Under the pieces are notes generated by a model. It was not told the origin of the DNA and made no database searches. It saw only the letters and a list, made by a program, of their open reading frames with translations. A stretch of DNA of 64,000 nt from Opitutales bacterium (GTDB taxonomy: Bacteria; Verrucomicrobiota; Verrucomicrobiia; Opitutales; JABSRG01): the NCBI GenBank assembly GCA_049599475.1, contig JBMYOQ010000011.1, positions 25,694 to 89,693 of the forward strand, written 5' to 3'. Positions 52,058-62,640 of this stretch are shown here, piece by piece; position 1 is the stretch's first letter, and each line of letters starts with the position of its first letter. A program made the translations under genes and the position numbers.

Positions 52058-53488
52058 ATGAATATTCACCGCCCTACTTATTTGATCTCGTCCAAGTGGA
52101 TTAGGTTTTGTGCAATTTTCGTCTGCTTTATGCAGGCTTTGATCTCATCTCAGCCGAATATCATCATAATTTTCAATGATGACCAAGGCTACCAGGATCT
52201 CGGCGTCTATGGATCTCCCGATATAAAGACACCTCGAGTCGATCAATTGGCGGCCGAGGGGATTCGCTTTACTGACTTTTATGTGGCCTCGCCCGTGTGT
52301 TCGGCATCTCGCGCAGCGCTGTTGACGGGAAAATATCCTTTGAGCGTCGGAGTACCCGGAGTCTTTTTCCCTAATCGAGGGGTTAAAGGCCTGAGCCCCG
52401 AGCACACTACGATTGCGGAAGTCTTGAAATCGGCGGGATACGCGACAAAGGCAGTGGGTAAGTGGCACTTAGGGGACGAGAAGCAGTTTCTCCCGACTAA
52501 CCAGGGATTTGATAGCTACTATGGCATTCCTTACAGCAATGATATGTTCCCGGCCAAAAGTATGGAATATGCGGACGATTGCCTGTTTCTCGAAGGCTAT
52601 TCCAAGGCTAAGTTGGATGAGTTGTTTGTCTCCGGGGATTTGAGAAAAGGTAGCCCTCGAGAAACAAAGGATAAAGTGCCCCTTATGCGAGATGAGCAGT
52701 GCATTGAATTTCCAGCAGACCAGCGTACGATTACGCAGCGCTTTGCGACCGAGGGTATGCGTTTTATTTCGGATAGTGTGGAGGCAGAAAAGCCGTTTTT
52801 CCTCTATCTGGCGAACTCGATGCCGCATACGCCCTTGTACGTCACTCCTGAGTTTGAGGGGAAAAGTGCCAGAGGTTTATACGGAGATGTGATCGAGGAA
52901 ATCGATTACAATACGGGGCGGATTATCGATCATCTAGACTCCCTTGGTATCGCCGAAAACACCATCGTCATATTTTCATCAGATAATGGTCCTTGGCTTA
53001 TCAAGAAAGAGGATGGAGGATCGGCTTTGCCTTTATTTGAAGGTAAAATGACTCACTTCGAGGGCGGGCAGCGCGTTCCAGCTATTGTGCGTTGGCCGGC
53101 GAAGATTCCGGCGGGGATTGTCTCGTCTGAAATCGCGACAAGTATGGACCTGTTTCCAACGCTGGCTGCTTTTGCGGGAGCTGAGATACCCGCAGGTCTG
53201 GATCTGCACGGGAAAGACATTGCGAACCTTTTGCTCAATGAGCCGGGAGCAAAAACCCCGCACGAATATTTCTATTATGGCACGCTTGCAGTCCGAAGTG
53301 GCGACTGGAAATACCACCAGAAGGAACTCTTCAAAGTAGCTTTAGATCGCAAAAAGACGAGTAAAGGTCCGACGCTTTACAACTTGAAGGACGATATCGG
53401 TGAGACAACAAATCTGATCGACCAATATCCCGAAATTGCTGCGCGACTTAAAGCTGCCTTGGCGAAGAGTCCGAATCGGAGGAAATAG
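52058..53488 (+). CDS. S1 family arylsulfatase, exported
   Basis: NDDQGY, CSASR, GKWHLG, GIPYSND, SDNGPW and EGGQRVP. Confidence 0.93.
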   Translation: MNIHRPTYLISSKWIRFCAIFVCFMQALISSQPNIIIIFNDDQGYQDLGVYGSPDIKTPRVDQLAAEGIRFTDFYVASPVCSASRAALLTGKYPLSVGVPGVFFPNRGVKGLSPEHTTIAEVLKSAGYATKAVGKWHLGDEKQFLPTNQGFDSYYGIPYSNDMFPAKSMEYADDCLFLEGYSKAKLDELFVSGDLRKGSPRETKDKVPLMRDEQCIEFPADQRTITQRFATEGMRFISDSVEAEKPFFLYLANSMPHTPLYVTPEFEGKSARGLYGDVIEEIDYNTGRIIDHLDSLGIAENTIVIFSSDNGPWLIKKEDGGSALPLFEGKMTHFEGGQRVPAIVRWPAKIPAGIVSSEIATSMDLFPTLAAFAGAEIPAGLDLHGKDIANLLLNEPGAKTPHEYFYYGTLAVRSGDWKYHQKELFKVALDRKKTSKGPTLYNLKDDIGETTNLIDQYPEIAARLKAALAKSPNRRK

Positions 53489-53549
53489 CCGAGCGGACTC
53501 AAATTATTCCTTCGAATACTGGCCGCCCAGGGGAGAATGCTCCTAGATT

Positions 53550-55565
53550 CTAGGACGCGTTGGCTTGTTGTTTAGTGGCAACAGCCGTGTGTAAAAAGTC
53601 TTGCAGGATTTTGGGGTCCACGGGTTTGGGGATGAAGTGTCTGACACCCAGTTCTTGGACCCGCTCGATTTCGCCCTGTAATACATTTGCAGATACAACG
53701 GAGATTGGTGTTTCGATGTGCTGAAAGCCTGCTTCACCCGCACGTATTTTCTTTATCGATTCATAGCCGTCGAGGACTGGCATTTGCAAATCCATGAACA
53801 CCGCATCGCAATCATTCTCAGAGAGGTGCTCAAGGGCGAGTTGTCCATTGAGGCACGATTCGACCTGAAGCTTGTATGGTTTTAAGAATTGATCGAGTAG
53901 CTTAATATTCAGGCGATTGTCGTCTACAATCAGGACCTTGAGGCCGTGGACTTTTTCAATCTGGAAGACATCTTCACTCTCTCCGAGAGATTCGTCTAGT
54001 GAAAGTTCCGCGGCTTCATAGGGAATGTGGAAAAAGCACTGGGTTCCTTGGCCCTTGATACTCTTGATTTCGAGGTCGCCGCCCATCACACGTGCGAGCT
54101 CTCGGGCAATTGTGAGCCCAAGGCCTGTGCCTGTATGACTGCGCGTGTCTGAATTGTCTTCTTGTGCGAAAGGTTGAAAGATTGTTTTAAGGGCCTCTTT
54201 ATCGATTCCAATTCCTGAATCTGCTACAACAAATTGGATTGAGCCTCCGACGAGATCACAAGAAATTGTAATTTCACCTTCATTACAGAATTTTACGGCA
54301 TTTCTAGTCAGGTTGGACAACACCTGGTTGATCTTGAGTTTGTCTCCATTGATGCGACGCGGGAAAGCTTTGCCCAATTCTAATGAGAGCTTCACACCTT
54401 TGCTCTCTGCAGTGAGCCGTTGGACTTTGGTGATCTCAGTTAATAGATCGTCGAGACGGAATGGCTCTTTGTGCACGGCCATTTTCACGGACTCTATTTT
54501 CGAAAGATCGAGGACCTGGTTGATGAGGCTGAGAAGAGTGTCGCAACAACCTTCAATGGTTGTTACGAAATCGCGTTGTTCTCCATTGAGGTTCTGTTGG
54601 CTCAATAGTCGTGTAAATCCGATGATACCATTGAGCGGGGTGCGGATCTCATGGCTGATGTTAGAGACAAAGGTACTCTTTGATTTATTAGCCTCTTCCG
54701 CTTCGATTTTAGCTTGCTCGAGGGCGCGCTGAGTCTCCTTTAATTCGGAAATATCGATATGAGCAATAATGATTTCTTTGAACAGTTCCCGTTGCTTCGG
54801 AAACTTCATGAAGATCATTGTGGAAACGAGCTTCCCGTTGCTCAGGGCTGCTGGTGACTCCATGGCAAACGTCTCGTCGCCATTTGCGATAGCGACCATT
54901 TCGAGCCGAAAGGTTTCTAGAATTTGTTCGTGGAAAGTTTCACTGAGCTTTCCGAGCATCTCTTCTTTGCTGGCGAATCCAATGGAGTCCAAGGTGGCTT
55001 GATTGACATCAAGTATTTTGACTTTTTGTAGGGCCCCTACAACGACATCTGGATTGTCTTTTAGATATTGATCCATGTCCTCGACACCTGACGCTTTTAG
55101 CTCATCGAGGAGATCTACTGCTTCCGAAAAGTCCTCGCGCCACAACGGCACCGGTGAATTGTCGAAGGTCCATTTGACCTGTTCGCTATGCAGGTTCACC
55201 AGTTGCTCACGTTCAACTATCTTGGAGACGTCATGACCGTGAACCTGGTAAAAGAGCAGGCACCCTTTCATGTCGAAGAACGCAGTGAAGCTCCACTGTA
55301 TAAAGGTGGAGCTATCTGCATCCTTTCCTATCTCTACCTGCGCCTCATACTTGCTGTGCTCTTTTGCATCCTGTTTTAGATACGCATCCAGTGCATCAGT
55401 GGTGCCTTGGTCGAGCCACTGCGAGTAGTGCTCATTTTCGATCGAAACAGGGTCGATCTTATAGAGGTCTGCACAGTTGATGTTTAGAAATTGCGTGAAT
55501 CCTTCCGGGGATATTCTGAAAATCGGAATATCCAAAGTGTGAAGAATCTCTACCGCGTTATCCAT
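53550..55565 (-). CDS. Cytoplasmic PAS-PAS hybrid histidine kinase / response regulator
   Basis: No TM; PAS-like regions; H-box SHEIRTPLN, NAVKF, DSGIG, GTGLGL; receiver VDDN..DLQMP..KP. Confidence 0.93.
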   Translation of the reverse strand: MDNAVEILHTLDIPIFRISPEGFTQFLNINCADLYKIDPVSIENEHYSQWLDQGTTDALDAYLKQDAKEHSKYEAQVEIGKDADSSTFIQWSFTAFFDMKGCLLFYQVHGHDVSKIVEREQLVNLHSEQVKWTFDNSPVPLWREDFSEAVDLLDELKASGVEDMDQYLKDNPDVVVGALQKVKILDVNQATLDSIGFASKEEMLGKLSETFHEQILETFRLEMVAIANGDETFAMESPAALSNGKLVSTMIFMKFPKQRELFKEIIIAHIDISELKETQRALEQAKIEAEEANKSKSTFVSNISHEIRTPLNGIIGFTRLLSQQNLNGEQRDFVTTIEGCCDTLLSLINQVLDLSKIESVKMAVHKEPFRLDDLLTEITKVQRLTAESKGVKLSLELGKAFPRRINGDKLKINQVLSNLTRNAVKFCNEGEITISCDLVGGSIQFVVADSGIGIDKEALKTIFQPFAQEDNSDTRSHTGTGLGLTIARELARVMGGDLEIKSIKGQGTQCFFHIPYEAAELSLDESLGESEDVFQIEKVHGLKVLIVDDNRLNIKLLDQFLKPYKLQVESCLNGQLALEHLSENDCDAVFMDLQMPVLDGYESIKKIRAGEAGFQHIETPISVVSANVLQGEIERVQELGVRHFIPKPVDPKILQDFLHTAVATKQQANAS

Positions 55566-55575
55566 AGACCGTTCT

Positions 55576-58248
55576 TTAGCCGAAATCTTTCCGGGCTACA
55601 TCGCAGGATGGCTCGGGTGGGCTTAGTTTCTCGTTTGATGTTTGACCAATCGCGGTCTTGATAAATTGCGAGTTGTCATAGCGCAGGCCTCCAAAGGTAG
55701 CGCCGATGATTAGGTAGTCACTGTTTGCGCCGACGCTGTAGAGCTGGTTGCCAATGCCGGTATTAACAGTATACCATGCCTCCTTGTAAGTGAGGTAGAG
55801 CGTGCCTGAATAGCCGCCGACCCAGTAATCACCCAAGCCAACCGATCCGTGCATGGTTAGCTGATATATGGACCCTGGTAGGTCGTATAGGGATAGGTTG
55901 GGTGGGTTTACTAAGCAGAGGAAATTGCTATCGCCGCACAAATAGAGGCCATCGGCAGGTTGAACTGTCGTTGTTGGGTGGGTAAGTGTTTGCTCGTTGA
56001 AAACAAAGTCGAGGGTCGCGGAACCCCCACTCGGAATCGTGAACACGGAACCGTTTTGCAAGGTCACTTGGATACCTGTGCCCCCTGGATTTAAGGACAC
56101 TACGGTGCTTCCAAGGTTTTGAGCGATCGACTTAAGGTCAGACACTTGGAAGGTGCCGCCTGTGATCGCAGAGGCATCTGCTGTGAGGACCTCTCCTTTA
56201 GTCGTACCGAAATAGGCGATACCATTATCGATGAGCAAGGTGGTAAAGGTATAGAGGCCTGCGTACCAAAATACAGGAGACGTGCCACTTTTGTAGAGGC
56301 CTATTTGCGCGACTCCGCAGGTGCACACCGTATCCGCGGCAATGGGCTTTGCGTCCAGCCAGTCCAGCGAATGCGCACTCGCGATCGCGGTAGTCGTCCC
56401 GCTTGTTGGATCCAGGGTGCCGATATTGCCGGCTTCGCCGCAATAGAGGAAATCATTGCCTGTGTAAGGGCACGCGCCGAAATAGGTCGGGCCTGAAATG
56501 CTTTCGGAAAGGTAGCCTTGGGTGCCGTATGAGCCGATTTGAATACGTGCCCAGGTGACTCCGGCTGCCCAGTTCGTGCTGTATCCGGATACCGCGGTGA
56601 CTGCTTGGTAGGCTCCGCTCGGTCCCGAGAGCATCGTGCCATCACCAGATACTGAGATAACGGTGCCTTGGCTGCCTCCGAGAAATACATTTTTTCCGTC
56701 AGTGCTAAACGAGCCGGAGACGACTGTCTCATCTGGTCCGGCCAGGTTGCTGGAGACATCCGCGACTTGGCTCCAGCTGCCATCGCTGCCGCCCTTGTAT
56801 AGCACTGTGCCCTTTACCCCAAAAACGTATCCTAAAGACCCGAAAAGGAGGTCAAGGCCGTCAGCATTTGGACTGGATGGCGTCTTGGTCTTTTGGGTGA
56901 GATCCACTGCGTACACGTCGCCGGTGCTCGTGCGAGCGTAGAAGTATGTGCTAGAGATCGCCGCAATACCGTAGATGGTATCGTCGCCGAAAAGGGTGCT
57001 AAATCCAGACACCTCGCTCAGGGTGCCACCACTCAAGGAGTATAAACTGCCGTAGCTGCCCGCGATATATGCGGAGGATGCCTGAGGCGACGCACATTTG
57101 AAGTCTTTGTAGGTCCCCGTATCGATTACGGTGATCGCGTCCGTTGCGGTGTCTAGAGTGGCCAAATAGCCGTCATTGCCCCCCACGACAAACTGTCCAG
57201 ATCCTGTGGGAATGGAGATGTTGAGATCTATGGGAGGGGTAAATAGTTGTTTGATGGCGCCCCCGGCTGATCCGGCAAGGATGTTTCCGATATCGGTGAC
57301 TCCGCATACGCTACCATCCGTATTCAGGGCGATTGATTTGATTGATTCCGCTCGGCCATTTTGAAGTGTTTTCCACGTTTTCGAGCTCCATCCAAATTCC
57401 ACAATGCGGCCAAACCAGCCTCCGGCACCGAAGTTCCCCGAGCCGCTACCTAGATAGACCACTCCTTCCAGGAAGCAGTTTGCTCCGAGATATATACTGT
57501 GCCATTCGGTACCGTCATAGTAGAGGGAATTACCCTGCCACCCGACGACGACGATTTCGTTTTCGCTGGCGGCGTCCAAACCATAAAGGGGCCCATAGGT
57601 TCCCGCATAGAAAGCGGTGATCTCATCATTTTCGAGCCAGACCATGGCACCATTGGTTCCGCAAATGAGAAATTTGCTGGTTCCTGGGATGAGCTGAATG
57701 CCTAGAAAGTGTGCATCCATACCGGTGTAGATCTTGGTCACAGTGGTGCCGTCGTATTTCAGGATCGTGCCGTAGCTACCCACTGCGTAAGTAGGGCCGC
57801 CGGGTAGACCACCGATGCAGTATAGGCGATTGCCCGCGTTGGTTTGCAGCTTCGTCCAATTGGTCCCATCGTAGTGAATCCACGTGCCGGCCGCTCCAGA
57901 GAAATACATATCCGTGGGGCTGCGTCCCCAGACAGACTCTAACCAAGTGTCGTCAGGATTATTTTGGTCGGTCCAGGTTGTGCCGTCAAAGCGATAGACT
58001 TTGCCGTAGGTTCCAACGGCCCAGACGTCCTTTGCGCTGAAGCCGAAAATGTCGTAGAAATCGACGGTGTTCGTTAGGGTGTAATTTGTGACCGTTCCGT
58101 TGGGGTCCGTATAAAAAATAGTTCCGCTTTCGGCGGCGGCGAAGAGGGAGCCATCTTGAGGACTCCAGACTCCGTAGATCGTGTTTGAGCGAACGTTCGT
58201 GTTCGCGGCTAACAAAGGATTGTTCCGGATCGTTGTTGAATCAGACAT
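55576..58248 (-). CDS. Large multi-bladed beta-propeller repeat protein (890 aa)
   Basis: Tandem ~40-aa repeats such as LESVWGRSPTDMYFSGAAGTWIHYDGTNW; G/S/T/Y/W-rich; ATG at 58248; no evident signal peptide. Confidence 0.8.
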   Translation of the reverse strand: MSDSTTIRNNPLLAANTNVRSNTIYGVWSPQDGSLFAAAESGTIFYTDPNGTVTNYTLTNTVDFYDIFGFSAKDVWAVGTYGKVYRFDGTTWTDQNNPDDTWLESVWGRSPTDMYFSGAAGTWIHYDGTNWTKLQTNAGNRLYCIGGLPGGPTYAVGSYGTILKYDGTTVTKIYTGMDAHFLGIQLIPGTSKFLICGTNGAMVWLENDEITAFYAGTYGPLYGLDAASENEIVVVGWQGNSLYYDGTEWHSIYLGANCFLEGVVYLGSGSGNFGAGGWFGRIVEFGWSSKTWKTLQNGRAESIKSIALNTDGSVCGVTDIGNILAGSAGGAIKQLFTPPIDLNISIPTGSGQFVVGGNDGYLATLDTATDAITVIDTGTYKDFKCASPQASSAYIAGSYGSLYSLSGGTLSEVSGFSTLFGDDTIYGIAAISSTYFYARTSTGDVYAVDLTQKTKTPSSPNADGLDLLFGSLGYVFGVKGTVLYKGGSDGSWSQVADVSSNLAGPDETVVSGSFSTDGKNVFLGGSQGTVISVSGDGTMLSGPSGAYQAVTAVSGYSTNWAAGVTWARIQIGSYGTQGYLSESISGPTYFGACPYTGNDFLYCGEAGNIGTLDPTSGTTTAIASAHSLDWLDAKPIAADTVCTCGVAQIGLYKSGTSPVFWYAGLYTFTTLLIDNGIAYFGTTKGEVLTADASAITGGTFQVSDLKSIAQNLGSTVVSLNPGGTGIQVTLQNGSVFTIPSGGSATLDFVFNEQTLTHPTTTVQPADGLYLCGDSNFLCLVNPPNLSLYDLPGSIYQLTMHGSVGLGDYWVGGYSGTLYLTYKEAWYTVNTGIGNQLYSVGANSDYLIIGATFGGLRYDNSQFIKTAIGQTSNEKLSPPEPSCDVARKDFG

Positions 58249-58480
58249 TATTGTATAACTGGCAGGTTTAATAGAACGTCCTCTACTCGTCGGCTTTGGA
58301 GCCGCTAAATTGATTTGGAAAACGAAGTTTAGTTTAAATAAACCTAGTGGGTGCACCTGGTCAGAGGTTCTCTCTGTATTTTCATCGATTTGGATTCTTA
58401 CGTAATTTTCACAGGTGGTGAGCTATGGGGTGTTTGTCTCGGGACTCTTCGCTGGTACGGCCTAAGCTGGCTAGGAACAC

Positions 58481-59443
58481 ATGCCCATTATTAGATATTT
58501 TAGATCTGCATTATTCAGTCTGGCTTTGGTCTTGGCTTTCGGAGTCTCTCGAGCGGAGAATGCTCCCGTGGACAAAGACATTTTTATCGCGGTCGTCGGA
58601 GGTACCACCTTTGGCACTCCACTCGAATTTGCAGAGGGTCTCGCCGAAGATCTGGGCAGTTTTCGCTTTGAAACGAAGGCGGGCCCGAGTCCTGAGATTT
58701 TTAAGAAAAAGTATAAGGGCGTATCTTTCTACTATATCCCTGTATATGGACTTCTAGATAAGAAACCGGATGAGGATGATGATATGTATCATGTGCGCAC
58801 GTGGAGCGCGCTCTATGAGCTCGGGGTGACTCATGCAATCAGTGGTGCGACCTCCGGTGGGATCGATCCAGATCTGGATTTTGATGATATTGTGCTGATC
58901 GACGATTTTATGGAGTTTCGCTCCGAGAGGCCGAACGATGTCCTAGGTGCATCGGGGCATAGCCGTCCCGGCATTTTCCCAAATTTTGAAGTACCGCTCA
59001 GCCCGTCGATTCGCGCATTACTTATAGATGAGTGTGCGAAGCAGAAGGAGGCCACCGGCTACAAAGGTAAAATCCGGAATACGGGCACTTTTTTCCAATT
59101 TGCCCCGGGGCGCTTTGAAAGCCCGGCAGAAATTCGCGCGATGCACAAGCTCGGCGCCGATCTGACAAGTATGAATCAAGCAACCTGCATCATCTATGCG
59201 CGGCAGTTTGGTATTCGCTATGGATCGATCTGCTCGATTTCTAATCCTGCGGTAGGTGTACGGCCTTTCACGTTCGAGCAGATGCAGGAAAGCGTGCAGA
59301 ATATTGCAGATTTTGCGATACCGGTGGTTCTTGAGGTGATCGCTCGTATTCCCGAAGAAGCCATTTGGCCCGAGCCGAGTAGCACAGGGGATGAATTTGA
59401 GGGCAATTACCTAGACCCAGATGGCGAGACTACAGGGATGTAG
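58481..59443 (+). CDS. MTAP/purine nucleoside phosphorylase family protein with signal peptide
   Basis: IAVVGGT, GGID..L...DIVLIDDF, PGRFESPAEIR, LGADLTSMN and CSISN. Confidence 0.75.
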   Translation: MPIIRYFRSALFSLALVLAFGVSRAENAPVDKDIFIAVVGGTTFGTPLEFAEGLAEDLGSFRFETKAGPSPEIFKKKYKGVSFYYIPVYGLLDKKPDEDDDMYHVRTWSALYELGVTHAISGATSGGIDPDLDFDDIVLIDDFMEFRSERPNDVLGASGHSRPGIFPNFEVPLSPSIRALLIDECAKQKEATGYKGKIRNTGTFFQFAPGRFESPAEIRAMHKLGADLTSMNQATCIIYARQFGIRYGSICSISNPAVGVRPFTFEQMQESVQNIADFAIPVVLEVIARIPEEAIWPEPSSTGDEFEGNYLDPDGETTGM

Positions 59444-59454
59444 GTCTTGTCGCG

Positions 59455-59928
59455 CTATCTGGGATTGTTGAGACGACGTCCGGTGCCGAATGCCTTATTG
59501 AATCGGCGTAACACCTTTTTCAGGATAATGTTGCCGTATTTGGCTGTTTCACCGGTCATCACGACGGCGAAGGCTTTCTCGGCACGGTCGTAGAAAGCAA
59601 AACGCTCGACGCGTTCGATTTGCGCGGAGCCAGAAATGTGAGGTTCAATCGCCGCTCGGTAGCTGGATTCCACCTCGGGATCTAGGGTGTCTCCCGGGAC
59701 CGCGTCCATCATCGCGATGGGCGAGTCGACGTATTGGTCCAGTTCATACAAGGGAAGAATCGCTTCGAGCAAAGCGGGAATTCTCAAGCCGTCTGCACGT
59801 AGGACATTATCATTGAACGATTCCCCTGGGAAGTGCGCATCGGCGAGGATGATTTCATCGCCATGCCCCATGCGATAGAGCGTGGAGAGTAGGTCAGGAG
59901 AGAGGAATGGGGAGATACCTTTAAGCAT
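59455..59928 (-). CDS. fucU: L-fucose mutarotase; C-terminus apparently frameshifted (canonical-frame stop at 59495-59497)
   Basis: [37 protein letters not shown]. Confidence 0.92.
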   Translation of the reverse strand: MLKGISPFLSPDLLSTLYRMGHGDEIILADAHFPGESFNDNVLRADGLRIPALLEAILPLYELDQYVDSPIAMMDAVPGDTLDPEVESSYRAAIEPHISGSAQIERVERFAFYDRAEKAFAVVMTGETAKYGNIILKKVLRRFNKAFGTGRRLNNPR

Positions 59929-59940
59929 GATTTATGTGAG

Positions 59941-60018
59941 AGAAATTAGAATTTAGAGCTCAGACATTAGAGATAATCTTTTTCTATTCTATCCTAAATT
60001 CTAAGCTCTATTTTCTAA
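59941..60018. repeat. Inverted arrays of degenerate heptamer repeats (AGANNTT-like / its complement)
   Basis: AGAAATT AGAATTT AGAGCTC AGACATT AGAGATA ... AATTCTA AGCTCTA TTTTCTA. Confidence 0.55.
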
Positions 60019-60030
60019 AATCTTACGCCT

Positions 60031-60789
60031 TTACCCATTCAACATTTTCTGGCGGTAGTGCTCGTCTGGGCGGCCAGCGATGCGTGTCACTTGTTCAGGA
60101 GTCAGGAAGATTGGACCTTCTGAACGAGCGGCCAAAGCTCCCATGTGAATGCGTGCAGATTTTTCAGCCATCAGTGTTCCCGAGAGGACTTCCTTGGCTG
60201 TCTTTCCGATTACGATCAGGCCGTGATTTTCGATGAGAATATTCTTTGGATAAGTATATTCCTTTTCGATGAATGCGCGGACCTCACGATCAATCACTTT
60301 CGCTAATTCAAGGCCGGGGTCCTGATAGGGGATGATGACTGAGCGACTGCCACAGCAGACGATCTGATCGGGGAATAGGCGCTTGTTTGCGAAGTCCTCG
60401 GCATTGTCGCTGCACAGGAGCATATTGACATTCTCCGGGTGGACGTGGCCGACGAAGTTAATTCCCTCAATGTTGAGAAGTGTTGCGTGAAAGGTCGCCT
60501 CGACGGATGGCTTTTTCATCCAATCTTCGGTGCGCGATTCCATGAGTTTCTCGTCGATCTCAGTGTCGCTCAATCCATCAACGTTTAGAAGAGGGAGCAG
60601 CTTGTCGAATGAGCAGGTGGCGAGCTGATCTTCACGGAGTGTGCCGAGAGAGGATCCGCTGGCCTTTACTTGGAACTCTGTATCTGAAATACGAGCGGAG
60701 ACGTTACCTTCCCCGAGGATAGCTAGACCGCGGTCTTCGCGGCCTAGTTCGTGGGCAAGCTCTAGGAGTTTTTCGGTTGTGTCTGACAT
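60031..60789 (-). CDS. Class II aldolase/adducin family protein, probable L-fuculose-1-phosphate aldolase
   Basis: GEGNVSAR, KASG, KPSVE..FH, HVHP and NHGL; located inside the fucose operon. Confidence 0.8.
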   Translation of the reverse strand: MSDTTEKLLELAHELGREDRGLAILGEGNVSARISDTEFQVKASGSSLGTLREDQLATCSFDKLLPLLNVDGLSDTEIDEKLMESRTEDWMKKPSVEATFHATLLNIEGINFVGHVHPENVNMLLCSDNAEDFANKRLFPDQIVCCGSRSVIIPYQDPGLELAKVIDREVRAFIEKEYTYPKNILIENHGLIVIGKTAKEVLSGTLMAEKSARIHMGALAARSEGPIFLTPEQVTRIAGRPDEHYRQKMLNG

Positions 60790-60807
60790 GGTAAGAGATG
60801 GCTGCGA

Positions 60808-62592
60808 TTAAGCGTAAAGAGGTCCGTAAGCCTCACATGCGCGGAAGTCTGCACCCTCTAGCTCAGAGGTGCCGAATGCGCGCCATGCGCTTGGGCGGAA
60901 TACGCGCTCCTCCTCAATGTTATGCATGTAAACAGGGATGCGGAGCATGGAAGCGAGGGTTATGTAAAGGTCGCCAACGTGTCCCGCTGTCATCACGCAG
61001 TGGTTTGCGCCCCAGTTGTTCATTACTTCGTAAGTAGAGCGGAAGGCACCCTTGCCGGTGAGGCGAGGGGCAAACCATGTAGTCGGCCAGGTCGGGTTCG
61101 TCCGTTGGTCTAGAGCATCGTGGACCTTATCCGGAAGTTCAACGGTCCAGCCCTCGGCGATTTGCAAACAGGGACCAAGATTTGCCGCAAGGTTGAGGCG
61201 AATCATTGTCGCCTTCATGCCGCCCTTAGTGCGGTAGCGTGTGCTCATGCCACCACCGGGGAAATACTCGGTGATGGATGGGTGCCATGTTGTGTTTTTC
61301 AGGCTGGCGTTCATCTCTTCGTCGGAGATTTCCCAATACGGCTTCATCGTGGGCTTGCCGTCGGCGTCTGTCTGGTCTCCCGTGCCATCGAGCGCAGCTG
61401 GGCCGGAATTGATCAAGTGAAGCAGGCCATCGGAGGCTGCCCCTTCGAGTTGATAGCCGTCCGATACGCGAGCTACGGCGCTTGGGCTCCAGTAGGTGCG
61501 GAGATCGGCGAAAATCTGTGCGGTGTTGGTCAAGAGTTGACCAAAGAGCATACCGGCGCCGTTGAGGGCGTCGTTCTCTGTAGCAAGAATGTAGGGTGGG
61601 CGTTTGCCGTTCCAGTCGAAGGACGTGCTCAGAATGGCTTCCATGAAGTCGCCATTCGGGAAGTGGTCAGTCCATTGGCGTTGACCTTGGAAGCCAGCGG
61701 CAATCGCGTAGTGTCCTTGGGCTTGTTCGCCAAGGCCGTCTTTGTTGAGTGCATCATTGCCGACCATCAGGTCGCGAGCGATGAGTGCCATTTTGACGGA
61801 GTCTTCCCACTCGCTGTCGAGCTGGGCGCGGTCGCGTTGAGTCTCGGGGCTGTTGTAGTCGTCTCCCTCTGGGCAGTTTTCTTTTACCCAGGCCAAAGCT
61901 TTTTCGTATTCAGCTTTGTCATACTGGCCCTTTTTCATGCGTCCGACAAACTCTGTCATATCGACGGCTTCAACGCGCATGCCCAAGTAGTTTTCCCACA
62001 TAGCGGGATCTACGACTGAGCCGGCGATCCCCATTGAGGTGCCTCCCATTGAGAGGTATGCCTTGCCGCGCATATAAGCTACCGCGAGTCCGGCGCGCGC
62101 GAAATTGAGAAGCTTTTCTTCTACGTCCTCGGGGATTGTTTCATCCGAAGCTTCTTGAACGTCTTTTCCATAAATCCCGAAAGCAGGAATGCCCTTTTGT
62201 GTGTGTCCAGCCAATACGGCTGCAAGATACACAGCGCCAGGGCGTTCTGTTCCGTTGAAACCCCATACCGCCTTGGGGCGATGTGGATCCATATCCATCG
62301 TTTCCGACCCATAGCACCAGCAGGGTGTCACGGTGACGCTCAGGCCGACACCCTCGCGCTGGAATTTGTCTTCGCATGCTGCTGCCTCACGCACACCGCC
62401 GATATTGCTATCGGCTATGACCACCTCGACGGGGCTTCCATCGAGATTGCGCAATGTTGAAGTGTAGAGGTCGGCCACACGCTTGGCCATGTTCATGGTT
62501 TGGTCTTCGAGAGACTCGCGCACACCGCCGAGGCGGCCATCAATCGTAGGGCGTATACCAATCTTAGGGAACGGGAATGGGTGAGATTTCAT
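60808..62592 (-). CDS. fucI: L-fucose isomerase
   Basis: [41 protein letters not shown] and NNWGANH. Confidence 0.97.
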   Translation of the reverse strand: MKSHPFPFPKIGIRPTIDGRLGGVRESLEDQTMNMAKRVADLYTSTLRNLDGSPVEVVIADSNIGGVREAAACEDKFQREGVGLSVTVTPCWCYGSETMDMDPHRPKAVWGFNGTERPGAVYLAAVLAGHTQKGIPAFGIYGKDVQEASDETIPEDVEEKLLNFARAGLAVAYMRGKAYLSMGGTSMGIAGSVVDPAMWENYLGMRVEAVDMTEFVGRMKKGQYDKAEYEKALAWVKENCPEGDDYNSPETQRDRAQLDSEWEDSVKMALIARDLMVGNDALNKDGLGEQAQGHYAIAAGFQGQRQWTDHFPNGDFMEAILSTSFDWNGKRPPYILATENDALNGAGMLFGQLLTNTAQIFADLRTYWSPSAVARVSDGYQLEGAASDGLLHLINSGPAALDGTGDQTDADGKPTMKPYWEISDEEMNASLKNTTWHPSITEYFPGGGMSTRYRTKGGMKATMIRLNLAANLGPCLQIAEGWTVELPDKVHDALDQRTNPTWPTTWFAPRLTGKGAFRSTYEVMNNWGANHCVMTAGHVGDLYITLASMLRIPVYMHNIEEERVFRPSAWRAFGTSELEGADFRACEAYGPLYA

Positions 62593-62640
62593 TTCTGATT
62601 CTAGCGATATTAGGGTCGTGGATTAATGGATACGGACCAA

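Noticed and set aside
61120..62019. 299-aa plus-strand ORF
   Set aside because: Antisense shadow of fucI with no recognisable motifs
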